The notes under the pieces were generated by a model. The model did not search any database and was not told where the DNA came from. It worked only from the letters and a program-made list of their open reading frames with translations. 64,000 nt of DNA from Microvirga sp. (GTDB lineage Bacteria > Pseudomonadota > Alphaproteobacteria > Rhizobiales > Beijerinckiaceae): positions 1,864-65,863 of the forward strand of contig DASZAZ010000034.1 of the NCBI GenBank assembly GCA_035944635.1, written 5' to 3'. A program made the position numbers and the translations under genes. Within the stretch, counting starts at the first letter, position 1, and each line of letters begins with the position of its first letter. This document shows positions 10,364-23,198 of the stretch, piece after piece.

Positions 10364-10614
10364 TGCTTGGTCGGCTCCAGCGTATTGGGCTCGGCGGTGC
10401 TGCGACTGCCGACCTGCTTGAACACGAGATCCCAGAAGCCGAGCACGGCCCAGAACACGAGCAGGATGAGGCCGAGCGCGCCCGCGAACACCCAGCGCCA
10501 GACCTCGCCGGGCTCCACCGCCACGATGCCGATGGCGCCGACGGCGACGAGCGCCGTCTTCCAGGAGGCCGCCCGCAGGGCCCAGCGTCGGATCGTGTCG
10601 ATGACGTCGATCAT
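10360..10614 (-). CDS. Small two-TM membrane protein (84 aa)
   Basis: MIDVIDTIRRW... with two hydrophobic helices. It is the tail of track ORF 10360..11871. Its stop overlaps the next gene's start. Confidence 0.5.
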   Translation of the reverse strand: MIDVIDTIRRWALRAASWKTALVAVGAIGIVAVEPGEVWRWVFAGALGLILLVFWAVLGFWDLVFKQVGSRSTAEPNTLEPTKQ

Positions 10615-10679
10615 GGCTTTGCCCCGTCCGAGAGGTTGCCGGGTGTCAGGCCAGATCTGCGAGCAAAGCACATCATGGC

Positions 10680-11624
10680 TCACCCGTTCGGCAGATGCTG
10701 CGCGAGGGCTTCGAGCACCGCCATGCGCACCGCGACGCCCATCTCGACCTGCTCGCGGATGAGCGATTGCGCGCCGTCCGCGACCTCGGAGGAAATCTCC
10801 ACGCCGCGATTCATGGGCCCCGGATGCATCACGAGGGCGTCGGGCTTGGCGAGGGCGAGCTTCTCCTGATCGAGACCATAGAAGCGGAAATACTCCTTCA
10901 CCGAGGGCACGAAGGAGCCGTTCATGCGCTCGCGCTGCAGGCGCAGCATCATCACGATATCGGCGTCCTTGAGCCCCTGGCGCATGTCGGTGAAGACCTC
11001 GACCTTGAAGCCTTCGACGCCTGCGGGCAGCAGGGTGCGGGGCGCGACCAGGCGCACGCGGGCGCCGAGCGCGGCAAGCAAAATGAGGTTCGAGCGCGCC
11101 ACCCGCGAATGCAGGATGTCGCCGCAGATCGCGACGGTGAGGCCCTCGATGCGGCCCTTGTTGCGGCGGATCGTGAGAGCGTCGAGGAGAGCTTGCGTCG
11201 GGTGCTCGTGCGCCCCGTCGCCCGCATTCACCACCGAGCAATCCACCTTCTGGGCCAGCAGGTTCACGGCGCCGGCCGCGTGGTGGCGCACGATGATGAT
11301 GTCGGGCCGCATGGCGTTCAGCGTCGCGGCGGTGTCGATGAGCGTTTCGCCCTTCTTCACGGAGGAGGAGGCCACCGACATGTTCATCACGTCGGCGCCG
11401 AGCCGCTTGCCCGCGATTTCGAAGGAGGATTGGGTGCGGGTCGAGGGCTCGAAGAAGAGGTTGATCTGGGTGCGGCCGCGGAGCGTCGTCTTCTTCTTCT
11501 CGACCTGCCGGCTCACCTCCACCTGCTCTTCGGCCCGGTCGAGGAGCGCCTGGATGTCGAGGCGCGACAGGCCCTCGATGCCGAGGAGGTGACGGTGGGG
11601 GAAGTTCGGCCCAGGCATCCTCAA
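10680..11624 (-). CDS. pyrB: Aspartate carbamoyltransferase catalytic subunit
   Basis: FFEPSTRT and HPTQ motifs. Confidence 0.95.
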   Translation of the reverse strand: MRMPGPNFPHRHLLGIEGLSRLDIQALLDRAEEQVEVSRQVEKKKTTLRGRTQINLFFEPSTRTQSSFEIAGKRLGADVMNMSVASSSVKKGETLIDTAATLNAMRPDIIIVRHHAAGAVNLLAQKVDCSVVNAGDGAHEHPTQALLDALTIRRNKGRIEGLTVAICGDILHSRVARSNLILLAALGARVRLVAPRTLLPAGVEGFKVEVFTDMRQGLKDADIVMMLRLQRERMNGSFVPSVKEYFRFYGLDQEKLALAKPDALVMHPGPMNRGVEISSEVADGAQSLIREQVEMGVAVRMAVLEALAQHLPNG

Positions 11625-11733
11625 AAACCTCGGCCGGCCGCTGAAACCGCGGCCCGCTCACGTGAGGGAAAAGGAGCGCTCGCCATACCAGGAGCCCTAG
11701 GCCTTCCCTCCCGAAAAGCCAAGCCCGAAGGGA

Positions 11734-11819
11734 CGCCATCCACCCCGCTCTTCCGATCCCCGGCCTGCGCTCCTGACAGGCGCCGTCCATCCCGCTCTTC
11801 CGGCCCCGGCCTGCGCTCC
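11734..11819. repeat. Two direct ~40-nt repeats (period 47) in the pyrB/topA divergent intergenic region
   Basis: 11734-11773 CGCCATCCACCCCGCTCTTCCGATCCCCGGCCTGCGCTCC against 11781-11819, about 90% identical. Confidence 0.7.
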
Positions 11820-12010
11820 CCATATAGGAGAGGAGACGAACCGCCGATTTGACAGCGGTCGGTTTCCGCACCAGTTAGGCGCCCGCTCCTATCCGGCTCC
11901 GGTCGCGCCCCCTCCCCGCCAAGCTTGAGGGTGCCCGTTTCAGGAAGGTCCTTGCCGCCGCCTGGCCCGTACGCGTTTCCTGTTCCGTCTAGATTGAGGC
12001 TGCCCGTCCC

Positions 12011-14806
12011 ATGAAGGTTCTCGTCGTCGAGTCGCCCGCCAAGGCCAAGACGATCAACAAGTATCTCGGTCGCGACTACGAGGTCCTGGCCTCCTTCGGT
12101 CACATCCGCGATCTGCCCGCCAAGGACGGCTCGGTGGATCCCGAGGCCGATTTCCACATGATCTGGGAATTGGAGAGCCGCGGCGCGAAGCGCATGTCGG
12201 AGATCGCCAAGGCCCTGAAGGGCGCGGAAAAGCTCATTCTGGCCACCGACCCGGACCGCGAGGGCGAGGCCATCTCCTGGCACGTTCTGGAAGCCCTGAA
12301 CGAGAAGCGCGCGCTCAAGGGCATCCCGGTCGAGCGCGTCACCTTCAACGCGATCACCAAGGATGCCGTGCAGACGGCGCTGCGCCAGCCGCGCCAGATC
12401 GACCAGGCGCTGGTGGATGCCTACCTCGCCCGCCGGGCGCTCGATTACCTCGTCGGCTTCACGCTCTCGCCGGTGCTCTGGCGCAAGCTCCCGGGCGCGC
12501 GTTCTGCCGGCCGCGTGCAGTCCGTGGCGCTCCGCCTCGTCTGCGACCGCGAGCTCGAAATCGAGACCTTCAAGCCGCAGGAATACTGGTCCATCGTCGC
12601 GACGCTCGCGACGAAAGAGGGCGGCGTGTTCGAGGCGCGCCTCGTGGGCGCGGACGGCAAGAAGATCACCCGCCTCGACATCGGCAAGGGCGACGAGGCG
12701 GCCGCCTTCAAGAAGGATCTCGAGCTCGCCACCTTCAAGGTGCGCAGCGTCGAGGCGAAGCCCGCCAAGCGCCATCCCTACCCGCCCTTCATGACCTCGA
12801 CCCTGCAGCAGGAGGCGTCCCGCAAGCTCGGGCTCGCGCCGGCGCAGACCATGCGGATCGCCCAGCGCCTGTACGAAGGCGTGGACATCGGCGGCGAGAC
12901 CGTGGGCCTCATCACCTATATGCGGACGGACGGCGTCGACATGGCGCCGGAGGCCGTGCAGGCCGCGCGTCGCGTCATCGCCAAGGAATACGGCGACCGC
13001 TACGTGCCGGGCGCGCCCCGCCGCTACACCTCGAAGGCCAAGAACGCGCAGGAAGCCCACGAGGCCATCCGCCCGACCGACATGGGCCGCCTGCCCGCCC
13101 AGGTGAAGCGCTACCTCGAACCCGAGCAGGCGCGCCTCTACGAGCTCATCTGGATCCGCACCCTCGCGAGCCAGATGGAATCGGCCGAACTCGAGCGCAC
13201 CACCGTGGAGATCGACGCGGCGGTGGGCCCGCGCCGGCTCGACCTTCGCGCCACGGGGCAGGTGATCAAGTTCGACGGCTTCCTCACCCTCTACCAGGAG
13301 GGCCGCGACGACGATGCGGACGAGGACGAGGGCCGTCTGCCGCCCATGAAGGCGGGCGATCCGCTGGAGCGCCGCCGCATCGCGGCCACGCAGCACTTCA
13401 CGGAGCCGCCGCCGCGCTACTCGGAAGCGAGCCTCGTGAAGCGCATGGAGGAGCTCGGCATCGGCCGTCCCTCCACCTATGCGGCGATCCTGCAGACCCT
13501 GCGCGACCGCGACTACGTGAAGATCGACAAGAAGCGCCTCGTCCCGGAGGACAAGGGCCGCATCGTGGTCGCGTTCCTGGAGGCGTTCTTCCGCCGCTAC
13601 GTGGAGTACGATTTCACCGCCGATCTGGAAGAGCAGCTCGATCGCGTGTCGAACCACGAGATCGACTGGAAGCAGGTGATGCGCGAGTTCTGGCGCGACT
13701 TCTCGGCCGCCATCGGCGAGACGAAGGATCTGCGCACCACGGAGGTGCTGGAAGCCCTCAACGAGCTGCTCGGGCCCCACATCTTCCCGGACCGCGGCGA
13801 CGGCTCCAATCCGCGCTCCTGCCCGACCTGCGGGTCGGGCCAGCTCTCGCTGAAGCTCGGCAAGTTCGGCTCCTTCATCGGCTGCTCGAACTACCCGGAA
13901 TGCAAGTTCACCCGCCAGCTCGCCGCCACCGGCGTCGAGGGCGAAGGCGACGGCACGTCGGACGGCTCGGGCCAGCCCGGCGTGAAGGTGCTGGGCGACG
14001 ATCCCGACACGGGCCAGTCCGTGACCCTGCGCGACGGCCGCTTCGGGCCGTTCGTGCAGCTCGGCGAGGGCGAGAAGCCGAAGCGGACGTCGCTCCCGAA
14101 AGGGGTGACGCCGGGCCAGGTCGACCTCGCGCTCGCTTTGAAGCTGCTCGCCCTGCCCCGCGAGGTGGCGCGCCACCCGGAGACCGGGGAGCCGATCCTC
14201 GCCAATATCGGGCGCTACGGTCCCTACGTGCAGCACGGAAAGGTCTACGCCAATCTCGGGCGGGACGACGATGTGCTGGAGATCGGCGGCAACCGCGCCA
14301 TCGACCTCATCGTCGCCAAGGAGAGCGGCGCCGGCGGCTTCCGTCGCGGCGCGGCGGATCCCGGGCGACCCCTCGGCAACGATCCGGAATCGGGCGCCGC
14401 CATCGTGGTGAAGGCCGGCCGCTTCGGCCCCTACGTCACCGACGGCACCACCAACGCCACCCTGCCCCGCTCGCTGGCCCAGGAGGCGGTGACGCTGGAA
14501 GACGCGCTTCCCCTTCTCGCCGCCCGCCGCGAGGCCGGCGGATCGAAGAGCGCCAAGGGCCGCGGCCGCAAGGCCACCAAGAAGGCAGCGCCGACGAAGT
14601 CCGCCGCCAAGGCCGGCGCGACCAAAACGGCGGCCAAGTCGGGGGCGAAGGCTCCTGCCAAGGCCTCTGCCAAGACTCCGGCCAAGGCCCCTGCCAAAGC
14701 AGCCGGCGCCAAGGCTGCGACCAAGAAGGCCGGGACGAAGACGGCAGCCAAGAAGGCCCCCGCCAAGGCCGCGGCGAAGAAGGCCACCTCGCGCAAGGCC
14801 GGCTAG
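12011..14806 (+). CDS. topA: DNA topoisomerase I with a Lys/Ala/Pro-rich C-terminal tail
   Basis: Toprim start MKVLVVESPAKAKTI, one C4 zinc ribbon, and three G(R)(F/Y)GP(F/Y)V repeats, followed by an ~85-aa AKxAAK tail. Confidence 0.95.
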   Translation: MKVLVVESPAKAKTINKYLGRDYEVLASFGHIRDLPAKDGSVDPEADFHMIWELESRGAKRMSEIAKALKGAEKLILATDPDREGEAISWHVLEALNEKRALKGIPVERVTFNAITKDAVQTALRQPRQIDQALVDAYLARRALDYLVGFTLSPVLWRKLPGARSAGRVQSVALRLVCDRELEIETFKPQEYWSIVATLATKEGGVFEARLVGADGKKITRLDIGKGDEAAAFKKDLELATFKVRSVEAKPAKRHPYPPFMTSTLQQEASRKLGLAPAQTMRIAQRLYEGVDIGGETVGLITYMRTDGVDMAPEAVQAARRVIAKEYGDRYVPGAPRRYTSKAKNAQEAHEAIRPTDMGRLPAQVKRYLEPEQARLYELIWIRTLASQMESAELERTTVEIDAAVGPRRLDLRATGQVIKFDGFLTLYQEGRDDDADEDEGRLPPMKAGDPLERRRIAATQHFTEPPPRYSEASLVKRMEELGIGRPSTYAAILQTLRDRDYVKIDKKRLVPEDKGRIVVAFLEAFFRRYVEYDFTADLEEQLDRVSNHEIDWKQVMREFWRDFSAAIGETKDLRTTEVLEALNELLGPHIFPDRGDGSNPRSCPTCGSGQLSLKLGKFGSFIGCSNYPECKFTRQLAATGVEGEGDGTSDGSGQPGVKVLGDDPDTGQSVTLRDGRFGPFVQLGEGEKPKRTSLPKGVTPGQVDLALALKLLALPREVARHPETGEPILANIGRYGPYVQHGKVYANLGRDDDVLEIGGNRAIDLIVAKESGAGGFRRGAADPGRPLGNDPESGAAIVVKAGRFGPYVTDGTTNATLPRSLAQEAVTLEDALPLLAARREAGGSKSAKGRGRKATKKAAPTKSAAKAGATKTAAKSGAKAPAKASAKTPAKAPAKAAGAKAATKKAGTKTAAKKAPAKAAAKKATSRKAG

Positions 14807-14808
14807 CG

Positions 14809-15303
14809 ATGGACGCCCTGGACTGGGTGGACCGCGACCTCCTGGAGGCGGCATTCCGCCTCCTCGTCGCGATGCTGGCCGGCATGGCGATCGGGCTCAA
14901 CCGGGACCTGCACAACAAGCCCGTGGGCATGCGCACCCTCGGGCTCGTCTCCCTCGGCTCTGCGCTGGTGCTCCTGGCGAGCACCCGATTCGGTCAGCTT
15001 GAGTTCGAGCAGGATGCGGTGAGCCGCGTCATTCAGGGCATCCTGACGGGCGTCGGCTTCATCGGGGCCGGGGTGGTGCTCCACGACAAGACCCAGATGA
15101 AGATTCACGGCCTCACGACGGCCGCGACGGTGTGGGTGGCGGCGGTGCTGGGCGTCACGGCCGGCATGGGTGCCTGGCTCGTAACCATCATCGGCAGCGG
15201 CCTCACGCTGGCGCTGCTCGTGTTCGGAGGGCGGCTGGAAGCTCGGCTCGAGCGATTGATCGTGGGCCCGCGCACCAACGACAGGGAGCCCCAGAACGAC
15301 TAG
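14809..15303 (+). CDS. MgtC/SapB family membrane protein
   Basis: GMRT and GxGFIGAG motifs. Starts 2 nt after the topA stop. Confidence 0.85.
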   Translation: MDALDWVDRDLLEAAFRLLVAMLAGMAIGLNRDLHNKPVGMRTLGLVSLGSALVLLASTRFGQLEFEQDAVSRVIQGILTGVGFIGAGVVLHDKTQMKIHGLTTAATVWVAAVLGVTAGMGAWLVTIIGSGLTLALLVFGGRLEARLERLIVGPRTNDREPQND

Positions 15304-15353
15304 GGCGCCTTAAAAGCCCAGAGAGGGCTGCGACCGCCCCGTTCGAAACGACG

Positions 15354-15551
15354 TCAGAAGCCCGTATAGAGCGCCGCGACCGCGACGATGCCGACGAAGG
15401 CCGAGGTCAGGCTGCCGAGCCAGAGCAGGCGGCTGGAGCCGGGGGCCTCCGCGTAGAGGCTGTCGTCGCACCCGAAGGCCTCGCCGGCCACGCGGGCGGC
15501 ACGCGCCAACTGGAGTTGCTTCGCCTCGCCCGTCGACACCCGCTTTGCCAC
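15354..15551 (-). CDS. Hypothetical tail-anchored small protein (65 aa)
   Basis: GTG start, GC3-rich codons and a C-terminal hydrophobic helix. No family recognised. Confidence 0.35.
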   Translation of the reverse strand: MAKRVSTGEAKQLQLARAARVAGEAFGCDDSLYAEAPGSSRLLWLGSLTSAFVGIVAVAALYTGF

Positions 15552-15708
15552 GTCGCGCTCTCCTTCGAACCCGGATACGGCCTAGCCGTTCAACGTGAAG
15601 CTCGCGTGACGGTTCCTACGCCTTTGGTGGCAAGGGCTTAGGGTGTCATCCAGCCGACACCTGGACGGGCTACGGGAGCGGGGTCCAATTGCACAAGGGA
15701 ACCCTACC

Positions 15709-17712
15709 ATGGACGGCTCCAGCCTCAACCGGTCGCAGGCCTACGAAGAATCCGAAAACCAGGGCACGAACACCAGCGCGAACCCGACGCTCGGCGAAGT
15801 GATCGCGACCCGCTTCAACCGCCGTGACCTGCTTCGCGGCGCGCTCGCCGTGACGGCCATCTCCGCAACCGTGTCGCCCCTGGCGCTTGCCACCGCCGAG
15901 AAGGCGAATGCGCAGGCCGCCGGCAATGCCAACACCACGCCCTCCTTCAACTTCAAGGAAGTGACGGCGGGTTCGGACGAGAAGCACTACGTGGCCGAGG
16001 GCTACGATGCCGACATCCTGATCCGCTGGGGCGACCCGGTGGTGCCGGGCGCTCCCGCCTTCGATCCGATGAAGCAGACCGCCGACGCCCAGGCGAAGCA
16101 GTTCGGCTACAACAACGACTTCGTGGGCTACTTCCCGCTCCCCAATGCCGCGAACCCGAACGAGCACGGCCTGCTCGTGGTGAACCACGAATACACCAAC
16201 GAGGAACTGATGTTCCCGGGCCTCGGTCGCCAGGACACCAAGCAGGCGAACTTCGCGGGCATGACCAAGGAGCTCGTGGACATCGAGATCGCCGCGCACG
16301 GCGGCTCGGTGATCGAGATCCGCAAGGTGAACGGCAAGTGGCAGGTGGTGCCGGATTCTCGCTACAACCGCCGCATCACCGGCGAGACCGAGATGGAGAT
16401 CACGGGTCCGGCCGCGGGCCACGACCGCATGAAGGTGTCCTACGACCCGGCGGGCCGGAAGGTGCGCGGCATGCTCAACAACTGCGCTGGCGGCACGACC
16501 CCCTGGGGCACCTGGCTCACCTGCGAAGAGAACGTCAACGGCTACTTCTGGGGCAAGATCGCGGACGATCACCGCGAGGCCGCCAACTACAAGCGGATGG
16601 GCATCCCGGGCAATTGGTACGCCTGGGGCAAGTACCACGACCGCTTCGACGTCGCGAAGGATGCCAACGAGGCAAACCGCTTCGGCTGGGTGGTGGAGAT
16701 CGACCCGTTCGACCCGACCTACGTGCCGAAGAAGCGCACCGCCATGGGCCGCTTCAAGCACGAGGGCGCGGCCGGCATCGTCAACCAGGACGGCCGCTAC
16801 GTGGTCTACCAGGGCGACGACGAGCGCTACGATTACGTCTACAAGTTCGTGACCGAAGCCCGCGTCGATACGCAGAACCGGGCGGCGAACCGGGACATCC
16901 TCGATCGCGGCACGCTCTACGTTGCGAAGTACAACGAGGACGGCACCGGCGAGTGGATGCCGCTCATCCACGGCCAGGGCCCGCTCACCGAGGCCAACGG
17001 CTTCCGCAGCCAGGCCGACGTGGTGATCGAGACCCGCCGCGCCGCGGACCTGCTCGGCGCCACCAAGATGGACCGGCCCGAGGACGTGGACGCCAATCCG
17101 AAGACCAACAAGGTCTACGTGATGCTCACCAACAACTCGCGCCGCAAGGCCAACGAGGTGAACGCCGCGAATCCGCGGGCCGAGAACCGCTTCGGCCACA
17201 TCGTCGAGATGATGCCCGAGGGCGGCGACCATGCTTCCACGAAGTTTAAGTGGGAGATCCTAGTGAAGTGCGGCGATCCGTCGGTTGCGGCGGTCGGCGC
17301 CACCTTCTCCTCGGCTACCACCAAGGACGGCTGGTTCGGCATGCCGGACAACTGCGCCGTGGACAGCCAGGGCCGCCTCTGGGTGTCGACGGACGGCAAC
17401 TCCCCCCGTCAGACCGGCCGCGCCGACGGCGTCTGGGCGATCGAGACGGAGGGCGAGGCGCGGGGCACCTCCAAGCACTTCTTCCGCTGCCCGGCGGGCG
17501 CGGAGCTGTGCGGCCCGTACTTCTCGCCGGACGACACCACGTTCTTCATGGCGATCCAGCATCCGGGCGAAGGCGACGAGGACGATCCGAACGCCAAGCC
17601 GGCAACCTTCGAGAACCCGGCTACCCGTTGGCCGGACTTCAAGGACGGCATGCCCCCGCGGCCTTCCGTTCTCGCCATCACCAAGCAGGGCGGCGGCAAG
17701 ATCGCGAGCTAG
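15709..17712 (+). CDS. phoX: PhoX-family alkaline phosphatase (DUF839), Tat-exported
   Basis: Twin-arginine motif RRDLLRGA. NNCAGGTTPWGTWLTCEEN and DRPEDV motifs are typical of PhoX. Confidence 0.9.
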   Translation: MDGSSLNRSQAYEESENQGTNTSANPTLGEVIATRFNRRDLLRGALAVTAISATVSPLALATAEKANAQAAGNANTTPSFNFKEVTAGSDEKHYVAEGYDADILIRWGDPVVPGAPAFDPMKQTADAQAKQFGYNNDFVGYFPLPNAANPNEHGLLVVNHEYTNEELMFPGLGRQDTKQANFAGMTKELVDIEIAAHGGSVIEIRKVNGKWQVVPDSRYNRRITGETEMEITGPAAGHDRMKVSYDPAGRKVRGMLNNCAGGTTPWGTWLTCEENVNGYFWGKIADDHREAANYKRMGIPGNWYAWGKYHDRFDVAKDANEANRFGWVVEIDPFDPTYVPKKRTAMGRFKHEGAAGIVNQDGRYVVYQGDDERYDYVYKFVTEARVDTQNRAANRDILDRGTLYVAKYNEDGTGEWMPLIHGQGPLTEANGFRSQADVVIETRRAADLLGATKMDRPEDVDANPKTNKVYVMLTNNSRRKANEVNAANPRAENRFGHIVEMMPEGGDHASTKFKWEILVKCGDPSVAAVGATFSSATTKDGWFGMPDNCAVDSQGRLWVSTDGNSPRQTGRADGVWAIETEGEARGTSKHFFRCPAGAELCGPYFSPDDTTFFMAIQHPGEGDEDDPNAKPATFENPATRWPDFKDGMPPRPSVLAITKQGGGKIAS

Positions 17713-17787
17713 GCTCGATGAGGCAGAGCGGCGGCAACGTCGCGAGCTGGCCTTTAAGGCTTCGATAACCCAACCCAAGCGACGATC

Positions 17788-17815
17788 GGGGCGGCCTCAA
17801 GGGCCGCCCTTTTCG
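17788..17815 (+). terminator. Rho-independent terminator after phoX
   Basis: GGGGCGGCC-TCAAG-GGCCGCCC followed by TTTTCGTT. Confidence 0.65.
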
Positions 17816-17926
17816 TTGGGTGAACCGGACCAAAAGCCGCTCTTTCCGTTCCCGTTCCGTTCTCATATACTCCACGAAATGAGCTACAGTGCACGCAAGA
17901 ACGAATCATCACGGAACAGGTCGAAA

Positions 17927-19981
<2,055 letters not shown>

Positions 19982-19984
19982 TCC

Positions 19985-20092
19985 CTGTCATTCCGGGGCG
20001 GCGCAGCCGAGCCCGGAACCCAGATGGCGCGATCCATCCGGAGACATCTCCTGGGTTCCGGCCCGCCGCTCACGCGGCGACCGGAATGACGG
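19985..20092. repeat. MITE-like palindromic element (108 bp) between convergent parE and hydrolase genes
   Basis: Termini CTGTCATTCCGG ... CCGGAATGACGG. Internal arms GAGCCCGGAACCCA / TGGGTTCCGGCC. Confidence 0.7.
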
Positions 20093-20094
20093 TG

Positions 20095-20811
20095 CTAAAC
20101 CTTCCCCCGCTCCTGCGTGAGCCAGGCCATCAGCGCGCGGTTCACGGCTTCGGGCTGCTCGAGGGTCGATAGGTGCCCGCAGCGGGGCACCACCACGAGG
20201 GATGCCCATTCCACGGCCTCGGCCATTTCCCGCGACAGCTCGGGCGGGGTGAGCGCATCCTGCTCGCCCACGAGAACCAGGGTCGGGATCTCGATGCCCG
20301 GCAGCATGGGCCGGGAATCGGCCCGCCCGATGATCGCCCGCTGCTGGCGCACGAAGGCCTCGGGCCCCGATTCTCGCAACATCGTGAGCACGGTCTCCTC
20401 GATGGCCGGGTCCGCGCGGTGATCGGGATGAACGAGGCGGTCCCACAGGGCCGTGTGGACCTCCTCGAACCGGCCGCCCTCGGCCAAGGCCATGAGCCGG
20501 TGGCGGTTGGCGGTGGCCTCCGGGGTGTCGGGCCGGGCGCTGGTGTCGAGGAGCGCGAGGCGCGTGATGCGCTCGGGCGCCTGCCGCAGGACCTCCAGCG
20601 CGATGTACCCGCCCATGGAGAGCCCCGCGAGGGCGAAGCGCTCCGGCGCCTGGCTCAAGAGCCGCCGGGCGATCGCCGCCATGGTGTCGTCCTGCCGGTG
20701 GTCGGCGACGAGGATGCGGCAGGAGCCCTTCAGGGCCTCGATCTGGGGCGCGAAGAGGCGTCCCGTGCAGTTCAGACCGGGCACCAGAACCAGCGTTTCG
20801 AACTCAGCCAT
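20095..20811 (-). CDS. Alpha/beta hydrolase
   Basis: GLSMGG nucleophile elbow, 238 aa. Confidence 0.85.
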   Translation of the reverse strand: MAEFETLVLVPGLNCTGRLFAPQIEALKGSCRILVADHRQDDTMAAIARRLLSQAPERFALAGLSMGGYIALEVLRQAPERITRLALLDTSARPDTPEATANRHRLMALAEGGRFEEVHTALWDRLVHPDHRADPAIEETVLTMLRESGPEAFVRQQRAIIGRADSRPMLPGIEIPTLVLVGEQDALTPPELSREMAEAVEWASLVVVPRCGHLSTLEQPEAVNRALMAWLTQERGKV

Positions 20812-20832
20812 AGGGGAATCGCGCCCTTTCGA

Positions 20833-20860
20833 TTGACAACACCGAAGCTTATCCTATGGT
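20833..20860 (+). promoter_or_regulatory. Sigma-70-like promoter candidate for the helicase gene
   Basis: TTGACA-N16-TATGGT, about 135 nt upstream of the ATG. Confidence 0.3.
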
Positions 20861-20993
20861 CCGCCCGTCTTTCGCCAGGGTACCTGCACGGCAAATCCCT
20901 GCTTCCGAAGCGAAACTAAGTGTTGCGCCCGTTCGTTGCCGCTTCTGAGCGGTGCTCTTGCGGCGCCCTGCCCCGGAACGGTTTTCTTAACTG

Positions 20994-22690
<1,697 letters not shown>

Positions 22691-22694
<4 letters not shown>

Positions 22695-23041
22695 GCCGCC
22701 GAGCGGCGGGCTCTCGGCTTCTTGAGCGCCTCGGCCCGGGCGGCCGCATCGAGCGCCAGCCGGGCCCAGAGCGCTGCCGCGGCCGGGTCCTCGGAAGCCT
22801 CATCGGGCATGAGCCAATAGCTCGTCTGATAAGCCGTGCCGCCCTTGGTGTAGGCGAAGGCGCACGAGCCGGCGGCGGCAAGCCGCGGGCGAAGCTCGGC
22901 GCCGGTTTTCAGGTAGATTTCTCCGCCGACCTCCAGGGCGAAGATCCGGCCCTGGAAGTAGACCCCCTGCCCGCCGAACATGCGGCGGGTCCTCACGGGG
23001 CCCAGCTCCTGGAACAGGTCCTGGATGGCTTCGGGATCCAT
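22691..23041 (-). CDS. TfoX/Sxy N-terminal domain protein
   Basis: RRMFGGQGVYFQGRIFALE motif. The start at ATG 23041 was chosen over the longer ORF. Its stop overlaps the rhlE stop (CTAG). Confidence 0.7.
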
Positions 23042-23064
23042 GGCAAAGCCTAGCCTCAGATCAT

Positions 23065-23192
23065 CCCTCCCCGCCAGGGGAGGGTGGCCTCGCGAGAGCG
23101 AGGTCGGGTGGGGTGGGGTGAACCACCAACCTCTCAGCACTGAGCTTCCATCCCACCCGCCCCTGCGGGGCACCCTCCCTTGGCAGGGAGGG
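23065..23192. repeat. REP-like composite: two inverted hairpin + GGGTGGGG units
   Basis: CCCTCCCCGCCAGGGGAGGG ... GGGTGGGGTGGGGTG // CATCCCACCCGCCC ... CCCTCCCTTGGCAGGGAGGG. Confidence 0.75.
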
Positions 23193-23198
23193 AATTCG

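Noticed and set aside
11621-14854. A 1077-aa uninterrupted ORF antisense to topA. Similar long antisense ORFs occur at 2241..3881, 15670..17232, 17909..19711, 20916..22559, 26793..29672, 39932..41674 and 46678..48327.
   Set aside because: Their translations are low-complexity and rich in Arg, Gly, Ala and Pro, as expected for stop-poor antisense frames in very GC-rich DNA. In each case the opposite strand encodes a clearly recognisable conserved protein.
17285-17926. A 214-codon N-terminal extension of parE in the track ORF.
   Set aside because: It overlaps the end of phoX and its terminator, and it is Arg/Pro/Ala-rich and low-complexity. ParE homology begins after ATG 17927, or 17879.
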